DNA of 64,000 nt from assembly GCA_963712275.1 (NCBI GenBank), contig CAVQHD010000001.1:1312001-1376000 (forward strand). The letters are read 5' to 3'. The notes under the pieces are model-generated. The model searched no databases. It was not told the origin of the DNA and saw only the letters and a program-made list of their open reading frames with translations. Source of the stretch: an uncultured Rhabdochlamydiaceae bacterium. Lineage in GTDB: Bacteria; Chlamydiota; Chlamydiia; Chlamydiales; Rhabdochlamydiaceae. Shown here piece after piece: positions 41,101 through 49,544 of the stretch; within the stretch, counting starts at the first letter, position 1; the number at the start of each line of letters is the position of its first letter. The translations under genes and the position numbers were made by a program.

Positions 41101-41651
41101 ACCACATGCCTCAACTATTGGATCTGCTTCAAAAGGCTCTCAATGATGAAAAGTATGAGGTGCGCAGTGTTGCTGCTGAGGTTTTTAGGGAGGTGGCAAA
41201 GCATGTCAGAGAAAACCACATCCCCGACCTATTGAATTGGCTTCAAAAGGCTCTCAATGATGAAAAGTATGAGGTGCGCAGTGTTGCTGCTGAGGTTTTT
41301 AGGGAGGTGGCAAAGCATGTCAGAGAAAACCACATGTCCCAACTACTGGATCTGCTTCAAAAGGCTCTCAATAATAAAGAGTTTGAGGTGTTCTGGGCTG
41401 CTGTTGATGCCATGGGAAGCATACATGCACCATCTCTAATCACGATTTTTACTTCTAAAGACTTGCCTTATTCTATAACCAGCTTCATTTTTCAGCATTT
41501 GATCAACCAAGCTACCCCTCTGTACTTAGTAGAAAATGATCATCATGAATGCTTCATTCAGATGAGTGAAACATGGAGCAAAAAAATCGATCAAGAACAG
41601 AAAGAGCTATTACTTAGACGCATTCACGAAAAAGGGAAATCAAATCAATAA
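35165..41651 (+). CDS. NLR-like protein: trypsin-like protease + NACHT + ~30 HEAT repeats; +1 frameshift at G8 tract (2161 aa if repaired)
   Basis: Same protease/NACHT motifs as the 28226 gene; track ORFs 35165-39892 and 39774-41651 join by deleting one G at 39818-39825. Confidence 0.88.
37950..41420 (+). repeat. coding tandem array of 114-bp (38-aa) HEAT-like repeats
   Basis: ~30 units NDxxxxVRxAAAxALxEVAKHVGExxxPxLLxxLQKAL; two units are 39 aa; boundaries approximate. Confidence 0.95.
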
Positions 41652-41719
41652 GTAAAGATACAAATAATTTTCATGCCATTGTTGTACTGTCTGCAATGAA
41701 ACAAAATGAGAATCTCAGC

Positions 41720-43390
41720 CTACTGCAGAGTACGAATAAGCAGGCCGGCAAGGGCGTACCGGTTCTTGGGGTGGCCGCTTCGGAGGCCTTGGAGGAGGAT
41801 TTCGATCCCTTGCTCGTCGTGCTGGTCTGAGAGCACTTCATAACATTCGAGTAAAAGGCGGGTGCTTTCTTCAGGGGTTAGCTCATAGGTAGAAAGGGTT
41901 GTTTTCATATTCCAGGGAACAGAGGGCCTAAAGCGGACCATCTCGAGCTGCTGTGTTTCGGTGATCCATGACTTGAGCCGTTTTTCATAGGGGCCTTCTT
42001 GCTTGAGGCGAAAGAGAGCAAGGTTGCAGTACATCCGAATGAGAGGGGCCCCTGCAAACTCGGCATTTTTTTTCAAAAGGCTCAAAGATCCTGGAGTGGC
42101 ATGGTTTTCAAGGAGCTGAACGAGGAAGGGGATGAGGGCAAGTTCCCGATGTTCAAAAACTTTGGAAGCAACGGTTAAAAAATCGTCTTCGGAAAGCTCT
42201 AAGGCGGCGGCAAGCATCTGGTGCCGAAGCTGCAGCGTGATGCCGGAAAGATCCATGGCTAGTTGTTTTTGGTGCTGCCTGAGTGAAGGGACGGCTTTCC
42301 AGGCCATCAATGAATGGCCGAGGGAGCTTATGGGTTGGAATCCTAAATCTTTAGAATCTCGAAGAATGAATTCAAAGAGTGTTTTTAAACACCTGGAGTC
42401 GCGTCGAAAAAGAAGAGAGAGCGTGGCATTGAGCCGGACGTGAATGTTTTGATGGAGCTGCAGCTCGGAGAGGATCTCTTCTCCTCCAGGAAGTTCTCCT
42501 AAAAGAGAAATTGCATAAAGGTCTTCTTTTTTTGCCAAATCGAAGATGGGGAAAAGGGCCTCTGTACTCCCGAGGGAGTAAAGAGATCTGAAGGCGGCGA
42601 GCTTGACTGAAGGGGATGGGTTTTTGGCTAGATGTTCGAGCTTGTGGATGGAAGGGGAGTCTTTGAGAAGACCTAAAGCTGTCGCAGCTGCTTCTTGTTC
42701 ATCAGGATGGCAATGGGTTGCATGAGCCCTGATGCGGCGAAGGAGGTCATCCCGCCCAAAACGCGCGGCATTTAAAATGGCTTCAACGCGGGTTATCGAT
42801 TGAGAATCTTCCATGAGTCTTTTTAACACTTCAATCGCATCGTGGGTGCCGACAAGGGCAAAGAATTGAGGGAAGTAAAACCACCACTCCCGGGGGATTT
42901 TTACCATGAGCGCTTCAAGATGCCCCGTTGCTTTGCGGTGTTTTCTTTCTGCAAGGTAATAACCAGCCTCCATGCGAACCATGAGAAAAGGAGATGCCAT
43001 CCCCTTTGTCAAGAGTTCATCGCCTCGGTCATCGTGAAGAGAGGCGAGCATCTGAATGGAGGCGAGCTGGGTCTCTAAATTAGAGCTCCGGATTCCTTGT
43101 TCCAAGATATCGAGCGATGAGGAGAGGTTGGCAACACGTGTGCCGTAAAGGCTGGAGAGTTGGATGGTTGGATCCTCGCTTTTGATCCCTTGCTGCAGGA
43201 TAATTGAGCCCATTTGTACGAGGACTTCAAAATCGTGCCTGCCGATCTCTTTTTTATATTCATCATAGAGAGCTAAAGCCCCTTCGATTTCTCTTGACTG
43301 CATGAGATAAGTGACATGCTCTTTTTCAAGGGCGTGGGAGACTGAGGCAATGAGGGTTAAAGCGATTAGAAGCTTTTTAAAAAATCCCAT
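41720..43390 (-). CDS. exported HEAT-repeat protein (chlamydial backbone gene next to maf)
   Basis: Signal peptide; degenerate HEAT motifs (VRMEA, RVEAI, VKLAA, VRLNA); overlaps the maf stop. Confidence 0.8.
   Translation of the reverse strand: MGFFKKLLIALTLIASVSHALEKEHVTYLMQSREIEGALALYDEYKKEIGRHDFEVLVQMGSIILQQGIKSEDPTIQLSSLYGTRVANLSSSLDILEQGIRSSNLETQLASIQMLASLHDDRGDELLTKGMASPFLMVRMEAGYYLAERKHRKATGHLEALMVKIPREWWFYFPQFFALVGTHDAIEVLKRLMEDSQSITRVEAILNAARFGRDDLLRRIRAHATHCHPDEQEAAATALGLLKDSPSIHKLEHLAKNPSPSVKLAAFRSLYSLGSTEALFPIFDLAKKEDLYAISLLGELPGGEEILSELQLHQNIHVRLNATLSLLFRRDSRCLKTLFEFILRDSKDLGFQPISSLGHSLMAWKAVPSLRQHQKQLAMDLSGITLQLRHQMLAAALELSEDDFLTVASKVFEHRELALIPFLVQLLENHATPGSLSLLKKNAEFAGAPLIRMYCNLALFRLKQEGPYEKRLKSWITETQQLEMVRFRPSVPWNMKTTLSTYELTPEESTRLLLECYEVLSDQHDEQGIEILLQGLRSGHPKNRYALAGLLIRTLQ
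41721..41820 (+). repeat. 100-bp direct repeat, right island boundary
   Basis: Matches 28089-28188 (offset 13632). Confidence 0.95.
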
Positions 43391-43956
43391 AAATCAATCC
43401 CTACTTTGAGAAGGAGCCTGTGGGTTGTATTGATTGGAAGTCCTAGAACATTGTCATAACACCCTTCTAAGCGAGATACAATCAAATTTCCACTTTTTTC
43501 AATGGCATACCCGCCTGCTTTATCTAAAAAGTAGCAATGGCGATGAAATTGTTTGATTTGTTTTGGAGTTAGAGGATTGAAGAGAACTCTTGTCTCTTCC
43601 ACATCTGTAAAGACAAGAGGCCCTCGCCTTGTCGTCACGCCTGTATAGACGGAATGCCACTGTCCAGCAAACGTGCTCAAAAATGAAAAGGCCTCTTCTT
43701 CGTCACGGGGTTTATTAAATAATTTTCCCTCGCAGAAAACCACACTGTCGGCGGTTAGAATCACATCCTGGGGATACTGAAGAGCAAGGATTTCCGCTTT
43801 TTTCTGAGAGAGGGTCATCGCATGGGCTTGCGGACTCCCTGCATAGGGAACCGATTCTTCATCAAATCCAGAAGGAACTTGGATAAAGGGAATCGAAAAA
43901 TGATTTAAAATCTCACGCCTTCGAGGGGACTGAGAACCTAAGATGATCTGCGTCAC
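43366..43956 (-). CDS. maf: Maf-like nucleoside triphosphate pyrophosphatase
   Basis: ILGSQSPRRREIL, TADSVV, KP, DKAGGYAIE, NVLGLP. Confidence 0.93.
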   Translation of the reverse strand: MTQIILGSQSPRRREILNHFSIPFIQVPSGFDEESVPYAGSPQAHAMTLSQKKAEILALQYPQDVILTADSVVFCEGKLFNKPRDEEEAFSFLSTFAGQWHSVYTGVTTRRGPLVFTDVEETRVLFNPLTPKQIKQFHRHCYFLDKAGGYAIEKSGNLIVSRLEGCYDNVLGLPINTTHRLLLKVGIDLWDFLKSF

Positions 43957-45867
43957 TTACTTCCCTTTGGATTTCTTTGAGGTCGCTCCTATTTGAATGT
44001 CGGTATCATCAACCCAAATCGGAGAACTCCAAGCTAAATGTCCATCCGATTGTGTGACGCGCAGATAATAAAAGATAAACGGAGGCTTCCCTTCTCCTCC
44101 CGAGAGAGAGACTTTTGAAAGGTGTTCCATGTCATCATAGGTAAAGTCGATAAAGTAGTTTTTGGTTGGAAATGTTTTGATTACCGATCCATTACGGACC
44201 AAAGCAACCTCTTTAAGAGAAGAGGTTCCTGCGACATATCCTGTGATATGTCGGTTGAGTGCAAGGCCTGGCTTTGCTTTGGTATTCAGCTCTCCTCCCA
44301 TAGGCACGCCGGCGACGTGAAGTCCTAGGATGATCCGCGGGCCTGTCGTAGCATAACAAGACCGGTTTTGAAGGGCATGGGAAAGAGCTTCTCTTGAGTG
44401 ATCCGGGGCAAGAATAGCAGTGAGTCCTGGAGAGTACTGAACCTGGTTTTCCTCAAAAAGCTTCTCAAACACCCCGCGATCATCGAGCCCTCCTGCGACA
44501 AAACCAAAACGGCAGTTCTTTTTCAGGGCTTTAATGATCGACCCGGCTTCTGTTTCTTGGAGCCCCTTTTTGGATGCTGGTTTAGAGGTTGGACGAATAG
44601 GCCGCGGGTTCCCATCCTTTGCTGAGCATTCAGACGATCCCCAAACGTTATAAATCTCGACCACTCGTTCTATCTCAGGGTCAAAGTGGGAAAAGTTTGT
44701 TTCCAATCCTTTGGCCATTGTCATCTGAGGAATGGCAATGGCTTCTTTTGGGTTCAATAATTTATAGACTTTTGGCAGCAGATTGCTTTTGGCGTCTTTC
44801 TGTCGAAGCAAAGGTTTTTGATCTTTAAAATAAACAATCTGACGTAGCCCTTCCTCCGAAGGGTATTGAAATCCTAAAAAGGTAGAAAATCTCTGGTCTT
44901 CATTGAACTCTGCGATCTGTTGTGAAATTAACTTCCACATGTCGACAGAGGTTTCTTCTGTGCTTTCGAAAGGAGAAACTCCGTAAAATTGAAAAGCTTT
45001 TTCGTCGCGAAACTGCCTTAAACAGGCTTCAACGCTCTCTTGAGAATCGTTTTTTTCTGATTCTCCATGAAGAAGTCCCCAACAGAGAATGGTAGCTGAT
45101 TCTAACAAGCATTTGATGGGAGAAGAGTAATATTTATGACCTGTCTTGAGATTATGGAGTTGGATTTTGTAGACGCCGATTTCATTAAAGTAGAGATTGG
45201 GCAGGTTGATAAAACCGGTTTCAGGAATAAATAACTTCCAATTCAGGTTCTCTCTCTGGTTTTCATAAGAGAGTTCCATCAAGCTCCCTTCAGGAGCGTA
45301 ATTGGTTAAATTTCCATACTCATCCTCAAAGCGGACGAGCACATCAAAACGTTTGTTTTTAGCGACAAGAGAGGGGGTTAAAATCCGGATATGATGAAGG
45401 ATGTTTCCCCGAATGTCGATATGAAATGTCTCTTGTTCTTTAAAGTCGTTTTTCCCTCGCGGGTCAATATAGAGGTGAAAAGGGCGCCGTCTTTGGACAT
45501 TGTGTTGAGCTCGAGTCCCATTTTCTGATCCTTTGAGAGGAGATCCCATGAAAATAGTGAGACTCTCGCCTGCTTTAATTTCTTGTGTGAGGACGAATTC
45601 ATACTGATGAGAGGCTAAAGGCCCTTTATCAATAATTTTGGCTCCAATGGCTTTCCCACCGGGCAGCTGAGCCCAAATTAAGTTTTTTTTCTCTTTGGGA
45701 TTCGCCTGCGGGAGCTGCCAGTCAATGGGGCGTCCCTGGGTGGCAAGGTCAAACCGCAGCTTGGCTCCTTTAGGAAGGGTTGCAGCCGGAGTGTAAATGA
45801 ATTGAAACATCCCCACTTCTCCTGCATAGCAGGCAGCTGGCTCACAGACACATATCGAACGACGCAT
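43957..45867 (-). CDS. DUF3604-like (PHP-fold related) protein
   Basis: WGLLHGES, VEIYNVWGSSE, GFVAGGLDD, RSCYATTGPRI, YYLRVTQSDGHLAWSSPIW. Confidence 0.75.
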   Translation of the reverse strand: MRRSICVCEPAACYAGEVGMFQFIYTPAATLPKGAKLRFDLATQGRPIDWQLPQANPKEKKNLIWAQLPGGKAIGAKIIDKGPLASHQYEFVLTQEIKAGESLTIFMGSPLKGSENGTRAQHNVQRRRPFHLYIDPRGKNDFKEQETFHIDIRGNILHHIRILTPSLVAKNKRFDVLVRFEDEYGNLTNYAPEGSLMELSYENQRENLNWKLFIPETGFINLPNLYFNEIGVYKIQLHNLKTGHKYYSSPIKCLLESATILCWGLLHGESEKNDSQESVEACLRQFRDEKAFQFYGVSPFESTEETSVDMWKLISQQIAEFNEDQRFSTFLGFQYPSEEGLRQIVYFKDQKPLLRQKDAKSNLLPKVYKLLNPKEAIAIPQMTMAKGLETNFSHFDPEIERVVEIYNVWGSSECSAKDGNPRPIRPTSKPASKKGLQETEAGSIIKALKKNCRFGFVAGGLDDRGVFEKLFEENQVQYSPGLTAILAPDHSREALSHALQNRSCYATTGPRIILGLHVAGVPMGGELNTKAKPGLALNRHITGYVAGTSSLKEVALVRNGSVIKTFPTKNYFIDFTYDDMEHLSKVSLSGGEGKPPFIFYYLRVTQSDGHLAWSSPIWVDDTDIQIGATSKKSKGK

Positions 45868-45962
45868 AACTCATATCCTAGTTTTTGACTTGCTACAGGG
45901 TTGAAACTCCCGCAAGGAGGCTACCTGAAAGAGAGTTTCTCATGCAAATAAAAAGTGCTGCT

Positions 45963-46156
45963 ACCAGGCCCAAAGACTTAAAACTTTTGCCCACTCAGGC
46001 TTATTTACATTTCTTCACCACAGAGGCACGGAGGAGGATGAGATTGCACAGAGGAAAAAAATTTCCTCTGTGCAATCTCATCCTCCTCCGTGCCTCTGTG
46101 GTGAAGAAATGTAAATAAGCCTGAGTGGGCAAAAGTTTCAAGTCTTTGGGCCTGGT
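45963..46156. repeat. 194-bp near-perfect palindrome
   Basis: 95-bp arms with one mismatch, 4-nt loop; arms homologous to 61495-61600 and 62108-62212. Confidence 0.95.
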
Positions 46157-46262
46157 TCAAAAGAACCCGAAAATTGGCGAACCCCGAGCTTTGCAACGAC
46201 CGCATCGCTCTTATCTTTTTAATAACTAACAACTTATATCTTATTAATTTATAAATAAATAT

Positions 46263-46291
46263 TTGACTTTTTATTGTATTAATATTATAAT
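46263..46291 (+). promoter_or_regulatory. sigma70/sigma66-type promoter
   Basis: TTGACT-17bp-TATAAT upstream of 46322. Confidence 0.6.
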
Positions 46292-46321
46292 TAATATTAT
46301 AATAATATCATTTTTAACTAT

Positions 46322-47010
46322 ATGACTATAATAAATTTAAATAATAATAAGTATAAAAATTGGGCAATATGCTCTCAAATAAGTGTTATTCATCAAGATA
46401 GAGAGTATTATAAAATAACCTATAAAAACGAAGAATTAAGTTGCGATGTTCTTTCAGAAGTGAGTATAGAAGATCATCTTTGGAAGCGTATACATGAATG
46501 TCCTCCAGTTAAAGAGTTATATGAAGAAGCTGTAAACGAACAGAAAAAAAATAGTCTCTCTAAAAGAGATGGTATTTTTTTAAAATTAAATGATTTAAAT
46601 AAAACAGACTCTATTAATTATGAAGCTTCTGCATCTTCCGATTTTTTAGAAGGTGAAATTATTGTTCAATTAGGGCAAACTGAAAATCAATTGCTAAGCT
46701 CTATTGTTTTCGAAATGATAAATTTTAAACAGCAAAAAATCTTTTTTGAAATAGATCAATGTGCGAAATCAAGGTCTATCGGTCCAGATGAATATGCTAA
46801 AAAACTGAACATGTTGAGTATGACGGGATAAAAACACATCACAATATTATTCAACAAGCCATACATTCCTCTGGATGGGATGAAGAAATTGATGATTATG
46901 CCTCATGCCTTGACTCTTGGGCAACATTTGAAGACTATTGGAAAGAAAGAAGCGATGATGGGCATGCTCACTATTATCGTATGGAATACGATCTGATGAT
47001 GCACAGATAA
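46322..47010 (+). pseudogene. AT-rich hypothetical gene frameshifted at an A6 tract (229 aa if repaired)
   Basis: Adding one A at 46799-46804 continues the ORF (TEHVEYDGIKTHH...YYRMEYDLMMHR) to a stop at 47010. Confidence 0.65.
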
Positions 47011-47135
47011 AGCTATTTCTCAAAGATTATCTTTAGAATCTATTTTAATCTTAACATAAGTTGTTCATTATCAGCTTTAGAGAATGTTTTTTTTGATTGG
47101 AACAAATCACAGAATCGGGTATAATTGATTGTACA

Positions 47136-48002
47136 ATGTTCTCATTTCTAAGACGATTCTTAGCTCGGGTCTTTGACTACGGGCTTTTTTATTTGGCGAC
47201 GGTCTTTATTGCGCTTTGCCTTCCGATTGAACTAGAAGGTCAAATATTTATTTTATGGACAGTGGTGGTTCCAATCGTTTGGGCGCCGATTGAGGCAATT
47301 CTTCTGTATGCTTGGCAAACAACACCTGGTAAAAAATTATTTGGATTGACGCTCCCACTGCTATCTTGGAAAGAGAGCTTTAAAAGGGCCTTTTTCTTCG
47401 ATAGGGCTCATCCCCTGATCGTGAAGCCGATAGGGCTCAAAAGGTACCTTATTGCTTTAATGCTGGCCTGTAGTGCAGGAAGCACCCTATTTTTAGGGGA
47501 AGATATTTCGGAGGCGGCTGTTCAATACGAAAAGCAGGTTGCAGGCTCCGGATGGATTCAATATATTTCCGATGATGGACGATTTCAGGTTCATTTTCCT
47601 AAAAAGCCTCAGCAAGTGTCGCAAACATTTGAAGTTCCCAATGGAGAGCCTATCAGTTTGAGTGAATTTAAAGTCCATAAGGAAGCAGAGTTTTCTGTCA
47701 GCTATCTTGACCTTCCAAAAAAATGGAAGCTTTTTGGCTCTAATACGCTTCTAAAAGGGGCGATCCAGGTTGTTCTAGAGCATATGCCGGGCGCGGAGCT
47801 TGTTGAGAAAAAAATCGTCAAGCATAAAAACTACCCTGCGATGGATTTCCGGATGAAAGAGGGGGAAAATGAAATTGAGGGAAGATTGATTCTTGTCGGC
47901 AATACCCTCTATAAGCTCTGGGTTGTCTATTTTCCAAATACTCCTAAAGATCAACAGCACGAGACCTTTCTGGGTTCTTTTGAGCTAACGCCCAATCCTT
48001 AA
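47136..48002 (+). CDS. RDD-family membrane protein with soluble C-terminal domain
   Basis: RRFLARVFDY and TTPGKKLFGL RDD motifs; ATG 47136. Confidence 0.8.
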   Translation: MFSFLRRFLARVFDYGLFYLATVFIALCLPIELEGQIFILWTVVVPIVWAPIEAILLYAWQTTPGKKLFGLTLPLLSWKESFKRAFFFDRAHPLIVKPIGLKRYLIALMLACSAGSTLFLGEDISEAAVQYEKQVAGSGWIQYISDDGRFQVHFPKKPQQVSQTFEVPNGEPISLSEFKVHKEAEFSVSYLDLPKKWKLFGSNTLLKGAIQVVLEHMPGAELVEKKIVKHKNYPAMDFRMKEGENEIEGRLILVGNTLYKLWVVYFPNTPKDQQHETFLGSFELTPNP

Positions 48003-48637
48003 TCGTAGACAAGAGCGCTCAATTCAGTATCCATCACTTGAGGTGAGGGAGAGGAGACCAGCTGCTTAATCCAAAACTTAAAAGCTCTTCTGGAATTATA
48101 GTCTAGGAGCGGTGGATAACATAACATTTCGGCATGCTCAATGTACCCTTGTTTTTTCCAGAACATTTCAAGATTGGCAAGGGGTATTGACGAGCTGAGT
48201 TTTGGATCGAAAAGGATAGAGGCAAAGCAAATCTTAGAGAAGCGTTTGAGATGGAGTGCATGTTTCTCGCGAAGGTCAAAAAAATGGTGGGCAAGTCCTC
48301 GGTTTCGATACGGTTTTAACAAAGCGGACAAGCCACAGTAATAGTATTCTTTAAGAGGGAGTCCAAGCTTAATAAATGGCTCTTGGAAGGATGGGAGTTC
48401 TTCATCTAGTGGAATGCCCGTGGAAACCCCAACCATTTTAGAACCATCAAAGACGAGGACAGCAATCGCATCTGGGCTTTGGCTCAAATGTTTTAAGTAT
48501 GTTAAATCAGCTTCTAACCCCCAAGGCTGAAAGTAGGGGATTTCACTAAAGACTTCATGGCGCACTTTCGTCATACTTTGGAGATAGGTTGTCATTCCCG
48601 ACCCCACCAGGGTCCGAATCTTGATATCAGAGAGCAT
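47999..48637 (-). CDS. GNAT-family N-acetyltransferase
   Basis: VGVSTGIPL, ALLKPYRNRGLAHHFF, FWKKQGY. Confidence 0.85.
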   Translation of the reverse strand: MLSDIKIRTLVGSGMTTYLQSMTKVRHEVFSEIPYFQPWGLEADLTYLKHLSQSPDAIAVLVFDGSKMVGVSTGIPLDEELPSFQEPFIKLGLPLKEYYYCGLSALLKPYRNRGLAHHFFDLREKHALHLKRFSKICFASILFDPKLSSSIPLANLEMFWKKQGYIEHAEMLCYPPLLDYNSRRAFKFWIKQLVSSPSPQVMDTELSALVYD

Positions 48638-48779
48638 TGTAAAGTTGCCTCCTCAAAAATTGTCAAATGATTTAACGTATACCGAATCCGATTGAATAGC
48701 AAAAATTCTGCTCGATCTTTTGCCATTCAACCGAAGCTAGTATGTCACGAAACCTTCGAAACGTCAAAGGAAAGTCAAA

Positions 48780-49406
48780 ATGGCAAAACTTTATTTTAGA
48801 CATGGAACTGTTGGAAGTGCGAAAACGCTCAATCTCCTAGCTGTTGCCCACAATTACCGGCAGCAGGGAAAAGCTGTTCTTCTGCTCAAACCTGATTTAG
48901 ACACCCGTTTTGGGAAAGATCAGATCAGATCCCGGGCAGGGCTTCAAATGCAAGCAGATGTGCTTGTGAATGTGACCACCGATCTGACGCAGCTGAACTT
49001 TGATGGGGTGAGCTGCCTACTTGTTGATGAGGCGCAGTTTTTTTCAATGGAGCATATCGATCAGCTTCGAGAGATTTCCCTGAGAAAAGATATTCCGGTT
49101 ATCTGCTATGGACTTAGAACCGATTTTCGAACGAAATTATTTCCTGGATCGCTCAGATTGATGGAGCTTGCCGATTCAATTGAAGAGGTGAAAGCAACCT
49201 GCTTTTTCTGCAATCGGAAGTCAATCATGAATTTAAAGCACGTGGAAGGGAAGGCAACTTTGGAAGGGCCCACAGTTCAACTGGGATCAGAAGAGAGGTA
49301 CTTTCCTGTGTGCTATAAGTGTTATAAATCTCAGCTTGAAGAGGCTTCTCACATCCAATCGGAGACGATCGCCTCTTGTTATACTGCGCCCACCCCAAAA
49401 GTGTGA
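48780..49406 (+). CDS. tdk: thymidine kinase
   Basis: GTVGSAKT, DTR, VDEAQF, YGLRTDFR, CxxC...CxxC. Confidence 0.95.
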   Translation: MAKLYFRHGTVGSAKTLNLLAVAHNYRQQGKAVLLLKPDLDTRFGKDQIRSRAGLQMQADVLVNVTTDLTQLNFDGVSCLLVDEAQFFSMEHIDQLREISLRKDIPVICYGLRTDFRTKLFPGSLRLMELADSIEEVKATCFFCNRKSIMNLKHVEGKATLEGPTVQLGSEERYFPVCYKCYKSQLEEASHIQSETIASCYTAPTPKV

Positions 49407-49544
49407 ATTTCGGCTAGCGCGAAAGCTCCCTAGGATCGACGATCGCAAATTGGTTAGTATTAATCCAATACAAGCCAATTTGCGATCGTCGATCCTAGGG
49501 GCTTTGGCGCAGCCCAAATTCACACTTTTGGGGTGGGCGCAGTA
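49382..49544. mobile_element. 163-bp palindromic MITE-like element with TA target duplication
   Basis: Ends tactgcgcccaccccaaaagtgtgaattt / aaattcacacttttggggtgggcgcagta; TA at 49380-81 and 49545-46; removal restores stop codons of both neighbours. Confidence 0.8.

Larger units (their letters stand above)
28189..41720. mobile_element. ~13.5-kb genomic island (NLR-like/PARP/Ubl locus), no integrase
   Basis: Bounded by 100-bp direct repeats of a host gene 3' end; contains only accessory genes. Confidence 0.75.

Noticed and set aside
28395..41420. CRISPR-like arrays (102- and 114-bp periodicities)
   Set aside because: Units are in-frame protein repeats without unique spacers; no cas genes
39176..41439. 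Alternative-frame and antisense ORFs over the HEAT array
   Set aside because: Shadow ORFs; 39774-41651 is the frameshifted continuation of the NLR, not a separate gene
28089..41820. Diversity-generating retroelement TR/VR pair (100-bp copy of a gene 3' end)
   Set aside because: Several differences involve A in the non-coding copy, but two do not, most are synonymous, and no reverse transcriptase is in the window
45885..46232. Short ORFs over the palindromes (also 49287-49551, 61468-61653, 62078-62326)
   Set aside because: They lie on non-coding repeat elements and have no protein motifs
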